Shown here: positions 52,101 to 62,968 of the stretch, one piece after another
How the letters are laid out: the number at the start of each line of letters is the position of its first letter
Numbering within the stretch: position 1 is the first letter of the stretch
Assembly: GCA_964035545.1 (NCBI GenBank)
Contig: OZ037772.1
Coordinates: 5,998,889-6,062,888 of the forward strand
Source: Bugula neritina
Taxonomy: Eukaryota > Animalia > Bryozoa
Reading direction: 5' to 3'
Length of the DNA stretch: 64,000 bases
Notes under the pieces: generated by a model
What the model saw: the letters and a program-made list of their open reading frames with translations, nothing else
Told to the model about the DNA's origin: nothing
The model's database searches: none
Position numbers and translations under genes: made by a program

Positions 52101-55100
52101 TAAAAAGAAGCATATAAATTTCAGAATAGTTTCTTCTTTTCTGAGATGAATATTTTGGAAATGTCCCACCATTCAACATTTAAATTAAGTCTGTAAAAAA
52201 AATTTCACAGTGTATTTTCAATAAATAACTATTCTTGCAAGCTGTTTGTATACCAACATTCCTAATAAAGAAATGTTTTTGGAGCATTGTAAATTGTATA
52301 CTGCTGCATTGCAGAAAAAAAATCATCAAAAAAAAGCACTTTTCAGCCAAAGCAACTTATTTTGTTTTCAAAAAAAGTTGAAATGTACATTTAGTACCAG
52401 CTGTAAAGTATAGAAAGAACAACTATGTCATAATGACTGCATTCTTATGACACTAATAAAATTAAGATTGGCTTTACTCCATACGGGTCTTGCTCAAAGG
52501 TGGAGTTCTAAATAATGCTACTAAGTTTCACTAAATTCCCAGATAATACTTTTTATATCAAATCATTTGGCTTTACTGATTTAGCTATATTATGTACATT
52601 TTGTACTTATTTATCTCTAGGTCAGATTTCAGCCATATATTTGACCGCATTGCTATACTTCCTTTGTGCCAGCATTCTCTCCTTTATATCTTTTCTGTGG
52701 TTTCTAATAATTTTCAGTGGTATGTCACTGTATGTAAACTATGTGAACCATCAGGCTATCTCTTACACAATGCATGCTGCTATAAGAATAACAGCAGCTG
52801 TTTTGTATTCAATCAACCTCGTTGCAAGAATTTTGTTTGCTTGAAGCTCTCTGTTGAGTAGCTGTCTCTCTATATTACATAACTGCTTATTCAAGAAAGT
52901 GCACGATGAGAACTGTCCAACTTTAGCTGTCTAACTTAAATTACATTATATAGGATTACATCACTACATAATAAGCTGATTAAACAACACATATAAATCG
53001 GCCAAAAACACTACACACTTGACTAGCTCTAGTTGGACTCATTTATATTTCGAGTTTTTTACATTACTTGAACATGCTTTAGCCAATTTGTTGCATTATT
53101 TTTCATCCATACATGTAATACAAAGATTTAGTATATTATTTTTTAGGTTTGGATTGTCTAATAGGCAGGTATTGCAGATATTTAATCAGACTGCGAAGTT
53201 GCTTAGAGAAGCTCTAAATCCAATGATAGTATTTTATCGACACAAGGAGGTTAATAAAACAATTCCACCTCAATGAACTTTGACCTAGTTAACTAGACCA
53301 CTGTAAAATGGCATGCCAGAACAAACACAAACCAGCTTGCAAGAATAATTATTCATTGAAAATACACTGTGAAAAATTCTTTTACAGACTTAATTTAAAT
53401 GTTGAATTGTGGGACATTTCCAAAATATTTATCTCAGAAAAGAAGAAACTATTCTGAAATTTATATGCTTCCTTTTACTGTTCTTTAAATATTTTCATTG
53501 ACTTGCAGGCATGTCATGTAAACAAATGCTTTTAAAAAATATATATAGTTATACAGTGTTTGGCATTTTTAGATAAGATGTTGTTTGAAATTACAAATTT
53601 AATCTATCTATTTTAATACATATCTTTATATTTATAATAATTTTTTTGATATATAGAAATATTAGATAGTAGGGTGGCTTAGTTATTTTCATAGTATAGG
53701 TGTGTAAGTACGTGAACATGTTAATACAAATGAGCCAGTGCCTTCATAAACGTACAGGCATGTGTTCCAACCCATAATTTGGAGCATTTGGAGTTCAGTA
53801 AGACAGAGCCCACTAGTGCAGCTATATAGTGTACGAGCATGTTATTATTGTTCTAAGAGTTGAAAGGTTAGCAGCTCTAACCAGACTGGTTACAGTCAGC
53901 AAAGCAAATAATAATGACAGCTGCCAGCTTCAGATTTGCTCAATAACCAAAACCACAAATATGCTTTGAAGTTTTCTTTTTGTGCCATTTATCATTAACA
54001 AAATTTTTTAAAAAATTTCTGAAACTGCTCATATGTGTACCTATGCCAAAATATTAATCTCAGAAAAAATGAAACTTATACTAGTAGTAGTCTTCACTCA
54101 AACCATATATCTCTACTTATTTTATGGGCCTTCTATATATCATTGAGACTGCCCCCAATCCCTGTAGGGGGAGGCAACTTTAAAATACAAATTCCTCTGG
54201 AGGGATGTCTGAAACCCCTCTATTGTCTAACAAATATATGATTTATATATAAGAATATACTGGAATATATTCAATTGTCTATATATTATTTTAAATAATT
54301 TTGTCTTCAAATATGTCAAGCATCTATATTTATAACAAACATAAAATATCTTCATCTTTAAGGAAGTGTTCTAAATTAATTATAATAGCATCTCTCTGAA
54401 AATTATAAGGTTAAACATACAATTTATTTGAGATGCTAATGTGTACTTAAACCCCGTTATACTGGTACATCTTTAGAAAATAGATTACTACCTCTTTTTG
54501 CATTGATTACAGGAAAAGAATATAATTAATATGTGGGAAAATTGTGCCTATGGCATAAATAGACACGGGATACTTCTTCGAATTTTAATTAAAGTAATAA
54601 TAATTGCCTGTGCATTCTATTATTCGTAACACACTTTTGCATACTTTGTGGTTTTAAAACGAATCATTTCCTATTTCTTAAAACTTGTCAAGCATATAAT
54701 ACTTGCTGAGTCATCGTCCAAGTGTCGAAATGAGAGCACCTGCACTAAGTTTTCAACTGGAAGCACTTGCATCAAATGTCAAAATGTAGACACTTTTAAT
54801 TCTATACAGGAATGAATAGATTTGGGATAATTCACATTTTCTATGCAATATTCTGATGCTATGAACATATAATTCATTCACAATTGTTTTATTTTCAAAC
54901 TTACTTTTATATCTGTGAAACAGCTAGCATGTCTTTAAACTAAGGTTTGGAGGGGAAGTGTCAACGCAATCAAGAAAGTGGAAAGTTTTACTATAGGTGT
55001 TAATTATGTTTGTATGATAACGTGGAAATAACATTTCATGTTATTTCATTTTCCACTTTAATGTAACAGAAAGTTTCTAATTAAAGCGTTATGTAGTGAA

Positions 55101-56562
55101 TGAACATGCAAACGTTTGTGTGCATGTGTGCACACATTTGAGTGTATGTGTATGTGTGTGTGTGTGTGTGTGTGCATGTGTGTGCGTTTGCGTGCGTTTG
55201 TGTGTGCGTGTGCGTGTGCATGTGCTTGCGTGCATGTGTGTGTGTATATGTGTGCGTATAATGCAACATATTGGTAAAAGCAAAGGTCAAGGTAAAAGTA
55301 CACACATGTCACTTACCGATGAGCAAACAGATTAGTTGAGATTATTAGAAAAATGTCAAAAGTTGCGAGATTCTTGAGAAATGTTGTTGCAGACGTCCTT
55401 CTCTTCTGTCTGCTGAAGGTGAGGATTACCAGGAGGTTACCGAGTATTCCAACCAGTGATACGCTCATAATCAGCACAAAGTTGAACAGTTTGTAGGGGG
55501 CCATCTTGTCCTCCCCTACCTCAGAGCAAACTAGAAACGTAGAAACAACAGCTATATAGATGCAAGTTAAAACAAATGAAAGCTTGCATGCAGCCTCTAT
55601 ACCAGAGGTGTCCAACCTTTTCAGCGGAGAGGGCCACTAAAAGGGAACATTTCGGTGGAGAGGGCCACATTGTCAACTTTAGATTTGTGTGGGGGCCACA
55701 GCATCACTTTATTCCAAACTCCTATGAATCATTACACAATAAAGTCCAAATAGTTACTGCAGGCTGCATATTTTGTAGTGTGTGTATAAATAGGACATTT
55801 AATAGGTGATTTTTCGTTCTAATTCATATACAGCGTGAAAATAGTTTTATGTGTTATGTCTCTGAGTGCCACATAAATGTAGGCTGAGAGCCACATCCGG
55901 CCCTGGGGCCACCCTTTGGACAGCCCTGCTCTATACTATTTGGTTATGGGTATTGACACTATAATAATATGATTATTTACACTAATATTGATATTGATGC
56001 TAATATTGATAACATTATTGATAATGATATTGATACTGTTTCTCATTTATTCGAAATCAGAATAAAAAAAACTCATCCTTTTAGGACCTATAAGGACCAG
56101 GGATGCCATAGTAGCCTTACAGGCATTAGTAGGCTCATGAATGCTATATAGTACATATATGCTATAGTATGCTTACATTATATGCTATCGGATGCTTATA
56201 GACTATAGTACAGTACGTATAGATGCTATAGCATGCCTATATGCTATAGAATGCTTACATTCTATAGTATGTTCATATTCTATAGAATGTGTATCTGCTA
56301 TAGTATACAAATATGCTATAGAATACTTGTAAGCTATAGTAGTCTTGTTTTTTACCTATAGACTCCATAAGAAGATTTTCTATGATCTACCTGACCAATA
56401 CCCGTTTTCTATTATTTTATATATTATTCTATAATATATTATTCTATACTCTACATTCTATATTCTATCTAGTCACTCACTTGCCGCTTTGCAAACCTCT
56501 AAGCATCGGGACTGAATCATTTGATGTAATTTATTACCGGTTAATATTTCACAACATGACAT
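38423..56562 (-). CDS. Class A (rhodopsin-like) peptide GPCR, FMRFamide/myosuppressin/sex-peptide-receptor-like, about 488 aa. 11 exons: 56481-56562, 55317-55530, 49292-49429, 47488-47626, 46615-46797, 42876-42974, 41643-41782, 40866-40995, 39954-40063, 39324-39403, 38423-38574
   Basis: TM1 [13 protein letters not shown]; TM2 FLKNLATFD; TM3 [24 protein letters not shown]; TM4 [11 protein letters not shown]; TM5 [17 protein letters not shown]; TM6 [14 protein letters not shown]; TM7 [14 protein letters not shown]. All exons are phase-compatible. The first exon and the last three exons are less certain than the 7TM core. Confidence 0.88.
40663..40850. repeat. 13-bp degenerate tandem repeat (GTTATTAGTCATA) next to the GPCR donor at 40865
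   Basis: Direct reading. Confidence 0.8.
41095..41255 (+). mobile_element. SINE family 1 copy (internally deleted); further degenerate copies at about 42364-42575(+), 44430-44615(-), 47750-47950(+), 49480-49680(+) and 50743-50950(+)
   Basis: Shared GCAGCCGTG..TAGGGTTAG head and AAGAGCATCCAGTCA..AAAACCCTT.CATCAGGGG.TCTCACAGGGAT..GACTATAAACTTG body. Confidence 0.7.
43115..43172. repeat. (TA)n microsatellite
   Basis: Direct reading. Confidence 0.95.
45577..45692. repeat. about 37-bp tandem repeat x3 (ACACAAGTAAAAGGGTTTTGTAGAAGATTTACAGTAG)
   Basis: Direct reading. Confidence 0.9.
46243..46345 (-). mobile_element. short tRNA-derived SINE family 2 copy; another copy at 57890-57986(-)
   Basis: Both copies have a minus-strand GGT.CAACGGTTAGC..CTTGCA..AGGTC.C.GGTTCGA.CC head, followed by GGGCAA..ATTATTTTTCACAAT.AAAG. 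Confidence 0.65.
48402..48700. mobile_element. PIF/Harbinger-like MITE family B, copy 1
   Basis: About 290 bp, with ends ..CACAC.TGCC / GGCAAGTGTGAATGAGGGG; an inverted homolog lies at 48946-49238. Confidence 0.75.
48946..49238. mobile_element. PIF/Harbinger-like MITE family B, copy 2 (inverted relative to copy 1)
   Basis: TAA|CCCCCTGCTCACACATTGCCGTA...TACGGCAATGTGTGAACAGGAGG|TTA; the interior is the reverse complement of copy 1 (e.g. ACAAATGTCTGAGCTTCCTGTACGG). Confidence 0.8.
51353..54225. mobile_element. about 2.9-kb foldback DNA transposon derivative with about 890-bp inverted arms (51353-~52245 and ~53333-54225)
   Basis: The arms are near-perfect reverse complements (CAATAGAGGGGTTTCAGACATCCCTCCAGAGG...CCTCTGGAGGGATGTCTGAAACCCCTCTATTG); ORFs 51352-51543(-) and 54035-54241(+) are mirror images. 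Confidence 0.9.
55115..55258. repeat. (TG)n/(TGCG)n compound microsatellite
   Basis: Direct reading. Confidence 0.9.
55603..55928. mobile_element. hAT-type MITE with 8-bp TSD
   Basis: TIR CAGAGGTGTCCAA...TTGGACAGCCCTG; TSD CTCTATAC at 55595-55602 and 55929-55936. Confidence 0.88.
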
Positions 56563-57120
56563 AAAAGGAACATTATAACAATGTGCTAATGCTATTCATC
56601 TCCCTATAAACAATTCTAATACTATAGAGTTCCAAGTATATCCAATATTATTTCCTATTAGTGGTAATACCTATATTACTTCAATAATTTATAGCCTTGA
56701 GTTTTCTCTTTTTAGTAGATTTCTAAGTTGTACGTGGCACACAGTGTATATAATCAAACCACTTTACTCTCTTACTAGCTTTCATGCCACCATTTGATAG
56801 ATGATTCTTAAAATAGAATATTAGTTTGATTATGGAGAGATTTGATGAGTCATAGTTAGTATTTTAGACATTGGGCTTTTCAATACAGAAATAAAAACCT
56901 TGCTAAACATTTCTAGATATGTTGGTTACTATGCAGACGTACTGGTACCACGTGTTTTAGACGAGGCTAACTTATGCGTAATGTTAGTGTAACTATGCAA
57001 TAATGTACAATGTAATGATAACACCCTATATAAGTATATGTTTTATATATTGTATATAATTATACACAATAATGTGCTATTATAATATACCATACTGTAT
57101 TATCATATAATGTTATATAA

Positions 57121-57339
57121 AACTCACGCAAGTTTATAGTCACCATCCCTGTGAAAAACCCCTGATGGAAAGGGTTTTGTTAAAGTGGGCTAAAGACTTA
57201 TTTAGATGAGGCACAGGAACAATTATGACTAGATGCTCTTCCTAACATCACCAATGAATTTTTTTTTGGTGGGGGGATTCGAACCCTTGACTTCATGTTT
57301 ACTAGGCAAATGCTCTAACCTCTAAACCACGGCTTCCCC
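57121..57339 (-). mobile_element. tRNA-derived SINE family 1 copy
   Basis: Full-length homolog of 20241-20451. Confidence 0.8.
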
Positions 57340-59120
57340 ATATTATATATATATACTGTATTACCATGTGCTGTGTTACTAGATAAGCATCCTATTTCAC
57401 TAACTGCTATTGCAACCTCAAGTGTTCTAGACCGTACTTCTCACCCTTACAACACTAAAGACAAGTTCCATGTATTAACTACTCATATATTTATACTTTA
57501 CCTAAAAATGGGAAAATTCATTAGTTTAATCCTACACTCAGAAAACAGATGTTTTAAAACCAAAGAATAATAGTAGAATATACACCCAGTATATAACCTC
57601 CCCAGGGTAGTATATGAAATACTACAATAATCTATGGATTACTTTAATCCAATTGACATCAAAGAGAGTGAGTGAGCTATATCTCCTGTATCAATGCTAA
57701 TAGCTTCGTACTCGACTCTGAAACTCCATGCGTTTATCTCTTTGTGCAGTTTAATTTAAACAAACAACCCAGTACAGCTATAGCATTAAGTCAAAAGATT
57801 AAAAACTAAAAATAGAAAGAAATTTTATGGTTGCCTTAATTTATTTTGACATTTTCACTCTTTGTAGCAGGAAAATGCTTTTATATACCCTTTGATTGTG
57901 AAAAATAATTTTGCCCAAACTGGGGATCGAACCCGTGACCTCCGACTTGTATGCAAGTATGCTAACCGTTACACTATGAGACCACCGTGTCAACTCTTCA
58001 CTACAGATTATAGGAATTTTCAAAGTTTGTTGATGAACCTTTCAATAAGGTAGCCTAAGGGGTGTTTATAAACCTTTGAAAATCTGTTGATGCCTGAACG
58101 AGCTAATCTCAACAATTATAACTAGAAAACAACAATTTTCACTAAAATGAAATGAAAGTATATAGCGATGAATTTTATCGTAAAACATCACCTCAAATAT
58201 AGGAAAACAATTTCAAGTTGCAATAAAAACCGAAAGTGTAAATTGACACCAGAATAATGAATAAAAAATAAATATTTTGTAACTTTGTTTTGAAAGTTGA
58301 CCTTTGAAATCTTTTCTTAAAATCTTACCTGAAACTGTTATTCATGCTTTGATTTTAAGTTTATTTAAAGGAATGCAAATACACTAAGGTATATTTTCAA
58401 GCATGCACCAACTGTGATGTATATTTATTATTTACTTTTACCTGACAGGTCTTAAAATAATCCAAACCAAGCAAAAGTTGAATTTTGTTCAAAATAAAAA
58501 TAAGGTAGCAGCAGCTGCAGTAACAGCAGCGGTAATGGTAGCACAAAATATAAGTTTTTGTTTAAAATTCCAGCAAGGTATAGAGAGAGTTTATTATAAG
58601 ACATCTATTATAAACTAGGAAATAATATGAAAAAATTATAAATAAAAGTATAAATATATATAATGTTTATTGTATCAACTATTAGAGTATACAGGTGAGA
58701 AAAGGTGAGAAAAGGTGGGACGTTAGAGAAGGTGGGGTGTTTGAGCAGGTGAGCCATTACAGAAGGTGGGATGTTAGAGAAGGTGAGATATTAGAGAAGA
58801 TGGGATGTTTGAATGGGTCACTCACCTACAGAACTGTTGATCATGCTGAAGCCGTTAGAGAAATGTCACTCTCTCATTTCATACTTCCATTTATTAGAGA
58901 AGAGATTAGAGTGGTGAGAGAATCAGGGTATTGAGATGAATCACCTAAAGGTTATGACAAGGTAGTTTCTATTAATATTGGTCACGCTTCACGTGATCAA
59001 CATCTTCAGCTCTATTTTCCTTTTAATTATCCACTGATGAGAGTCCTAACATGTTAGCTGTAACCGATTAGGAATTGTTGTTAATTAATTACTTAGGAGA
59101 AAACAACTCCATAAACCAGT

Positions 59121-59200
59121 GGTCCCTTCAGTGTAATGGTTTGTGTGCCAGTTGGCAAACCAGAGGTCTCGAGTTCGAATCTCAGTGGAGGCTAATTTTT
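59121..59200 (+). other. tRNA-like sequence (SINE head or tRNA pseudogene); a related shorter copy lies at about 20521-20590
   Basis: A-box-like CAGTGTAATGG, B-box GAGTTCGAATCTC and a downstream T-run; the acceptor stem is imperfect. Confidence 0.5.
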
Positions 59201-59879
59201 TTATATAAAAATGTACAGTTTTTGAATACAGATTATTGTTTATAATATTGTGGCCAATATCTATTCAATGTAAGACTACCTTGCATTGAAACTAATCAAT
59301 CAAAGGTGAGTGTTGTATAGCTTCAATTAGTTATAAACATGTCAGAATTGTGGTAACTGTGTTATTATAAACATCTTCAGCAATGATTCACTCTTTTATT
59401 TCAATTGTTTACTTAAAATCACCATCCCCCTTTATACTTTGCAATTACTTTGAAAATTTAGACTACAGTGTCATATTGAATTGTGTAGGTGTTGCTATAG
59501 CAACATGTATAACATGATGAGTCAAACCAAATTAAATTTAATTGAAAAGTATACAAAATATGCAAACTAAATAACTTGGCTGTGATATTAATAATATTTG
59601 ATTTATTCTTGATGCAATTGACAATTATAATAAGTAAAAATAATATAATTATTAATGGTTGTTAGTTGAAAATAACATTGCTTTTCGAAAAAAATAATAG
59701 AGATTTGCTTTAATTTGCCCCATGACATTCTTTAAAACAAAATGCTGAAATTTAACCTCTTTATTTCATCCATTTATGTATAAGATATAGATTGAAGTCT
59801 ACTAAAATGCTAATAATAGTGGCCATTATAAATATAATGGTTTCTCTGTTATCAATGATTGACAAATGATAAACAATTT

Positions 59880-62452
59880 TTAATGTGGAGCAATTTTGTT
59901 TTTCCCTAAAGAAGATCGTCTGCCACCACTTTCACTTTTTTTGGATTTCTTATCCACCTTTTCAACGACATCTGTAGAAGGAATTACCTTCTTTTTGATA
60001 GATAACTTCTTCGGTTTGGGGAGTTTTCCGCCCTCTAATATGGGTGTAGCGCTAGCTAGCAAAGGCTTCAACACGGTAGGCATTGATCTCACGGAGCTGC
60101 TGCTAGTCGCTCTAGCCCCGCCCCTGGTCTCCGCTGAGCCTCTTTCTGCTGCCGGTACAAGAACAGGGCTGGGAGTGGATTTATGTCGTGTGTTCTTAGT
60201 GTCAAACCGACGAGCCCGAGCGTAATTAAGTTCTTCCAGCTGAGCTTCTCGAGATTTTAAGTCTCTCCGAACGGACTTGATAGCCCCGGGTTCTCCTTCC
60301 CAATGCTGCACATACAACATAATAAACCACATCTTACCTGCTGGCAACCAGATCAGACATTGTTACACTAAAAAAAGCTCACGCAAGTTTACAGTCACCA
60401 TCCCTGTGAGAACCCCTCATGTAAAGGGATTTTTGTTAAAGCTGGCTAAGGAATTGCTTAAATAAAGCACAGGAAAAATTACGACTGGATGCTCTTCCTA
60501 ACACCACCAATGGTCTTTGTCGGGGCTCGAACCCATGACTTTTTGCTTACTAAGCAAACGCATGAACTCCTAGACCACAGCTGCTTCCTTTGAAACTTTT
60601 ACACTCAGACCATGTCAAATAAACATTTTAGAACTTTACAAAATTATACAACACAAAAATTCGAACAACATTATTTAAACTTTTGTTAATGATGTGTAGT
60701 CAATTAGTAAAAACCAAAGTATTATTTCTAAAGAATATTTATAATATAAAACAGTTTCAAAATGTTTTCATTTTAATCTTGCCCAAAGCCTTAGATTAAG
60801 TCAAATAAGCATTTTAGAATTTTTCAAACTTTTGCATTAAGATTTCAAAGTCATTTAGTTATTATTACTAAGTTGGAAAGAGCACAGATAAATTCACATT
60901 AAAAAAGTTTTCATTTTAGACCAAAACATTTTATTTTACCAGTAGCACATTATTTATAAATTCTTGTTTGATTTGTACCTAAATTTTATCACTGTTGTCA
61001 GCATCATAGAAATATCTGCAATTTTTTAATTCATTTGCAGTTATCTTCTCTAATAACTATTTTTCTTGCTATGTAAGGTATGTTCAAGTATTGCATCATA
61101 TAATTAATTTAATTAGTAAGCTACTTTACACAGTTAATTCTCAAAATAATTTTTCAAGAGTTTTCTTTTCTATACTCTGTAAATCAACATATAAGTCATA
61201 TCTCTATCCAATATTAAGTTCAAAAGTGTTTGAAAGTTTTACTATTATGCAAAATCTTCCATCATAACCAATTGGGAGTTTCTCTCTTTATTTGCATAAA
61301 AGTAAGTTTTTAATAGCAGTTGTCTCCTCTTTTAACTCTAAGAATATAATAGCATTTTACATGTAGTCTACCTGATAGACTTTGAGATCATTGACAGTAT
61401 TTAACCTCTGGTCACTGCTTGCTCTCTTCAGAATATCTCCTCTTACAATCGGCGTCTTGGATTTCCCGTGACCTACAAATGCCGTCAAGTTGGAGAACTC
61501 TCCTTTCCTCGAGTGACTCAGCAAATTGATGTCTTCAAACTCATGAGACTTACGACGCTGCCTCAAGCCACCAAAATCTAAAAATATGATTTTTATACTC
61601 AAGTAGTACTTGGGAAAGGGGAGGATAACTCCAACCAGTATATCACAGCTAGACTCAGTTATAGACTGAGTATATTATAACTATAATTATACACTGGATG
61701 AATCTGAATTCAATATTAAAATAGCTTGGTTAAACTTATATTATGCAATGTTTTATTATTTGTTACTTTAAAAACAGTAAACACAACTAAACACATTTCA
61801 ATAGAATATCGTTAATTTCAAATCCAATGTTGTTTGGATTCTTATTTCATTGCTTATCGAAATCTTTTTCTATTACTTTTTAAGCTCTCAAGTAGCTTAT
61901 AACTATCACCTCTCTGTGACTTACCAGTAACTTACTATAGCTCCTCTAACCTATAATACAGTAACTTACTATAACTTCTCTAACCTATACAGTAACTTAC
62001 TATAGCTTCTCTAACCTACACAGTAACTTACTATAGCTTCTCTAACCTATACAGTAACTTACTATAGCTTCTCTAACCTATACAGTAACTTACTATAGCT
62101 TCTCTAACCTATACAGTAACTTACTATAACTTCTCTAACCTATACAGTAACTTACTATAGCTTCTCTAACCTATACAGTAACTTACTATAGCTCCTCTAA
62201 CCTATACAGTAACTTACTATAGCTTCTCTAACCTATACAGTAACTTACTATAACTCCTCTAACATATACAGTAACTTCCTATCAATTCTCTAACCTATAA
62301 TACAGTAACCTACCGTCACTTCTCTGGACAATCTGCTTGTCAATCAGCAACTTTCTCAAATCTCTCACAACTTCTGCTTTCTCTTTGGAGATTCTTTTCA
62401 GTTCTTTTTTATTTGCTTGCTCAATCTTTTCCGTCATTTCTCTCAATGCAGT
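59880..62452 (-). CDS. 3' end of an unidentified gene (coiled coil followed by a basic low-complexity tail). Exons: 62314-62452, 61372-61577, 59880-60305; upstream exons lie beyond the window
   Basis: Three phase-compatible GT-AG exons give TALREMTEKIEQANKKELKRISKEKAEVVRDLRKLLIDKQIVQRSD|DFGGLRQRRKSHEFE...KVYQ|HWEGEPG...SLGKNKIAPH*. Confidence 0.72.
60377..60589 (-). mobile_element. tRNA-derived SINE family 1 copy
   Basis: Full-length homolog of 20241-20451. Confidence 0.8.
61920..62313 (-). repeat. 31-bp tandem repeat derived from the donor junction of exon 62314-62452 (sense unit TAGGTTAGAGAAGCTATAGTAAGTTACTGTA)
   Basis: About 12 copies, starting at the intron's GT. Confidence 0.92.
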
Positions 62453-62695
62453 CTACAATATCAAATGCTTGAACAAGCAGAAATAACATTTACTCCTAAA
62501 CTTTGTAAATCTAGCAATGGTTGTTCAGTAACATGGCCAGCAGATGGAAACATAACTTTTGTTCTGTTGTTTCTCTAAGGGCTGTCTAGAAATTATATTA
62601 TCTTGTAGAACATTTATACAAGGTAAAGACAACCTGTATAATCAAAAGGTCAAAAGTTCAGCCAGTAACAGCAACACTAGCCTCAAAGTGCTATA

Positions 62696-62968
62696 CAATG
62701 CTCCCTCCGTATCTCACTAAACTTGATACAAACAGTGTGAAATAATGAACTCAACATATAAGTTGTAAAATACAGTGTGTATTCCGTATCTCACTAAACT
62801 ACGGGTCCCAAAACCTCTATTCATGACATCATAGCACAACAGATTTAATTCACAAATCTGTTAAATTTGGCCATTTTGTCCCTATGAACATGCATAAGCC
62901 ACAAAATTGGGGTCCAAGTCTTTCTAGTGACTTATGGAAACTGATCTGTGAGATACGGAGGGAGCAGT
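62696..62968. mobile_element. Tc1/mariner-type MITE family A copy with a partly duplicated left end
   Basis: CAATGCTCCCTCCGTATCTCAC left end; interior homologous to 14813-15018. Confidence 0.8.

Noticed and set aside
51352-54241. Two near-identical ORFs MYLCQN...LKPLY on opposite strands as a duplicated gene
   Set aside because: They are mirror images within the arms of the foldback element and have no coding signature.
59121-59193. Functional tRNA gene
   Set aside because: The acceptor and anticodon stems pair poorly, and related degenerate copies exist. It is more consistent with a SINE head; tRNAscan-SE would settle it.
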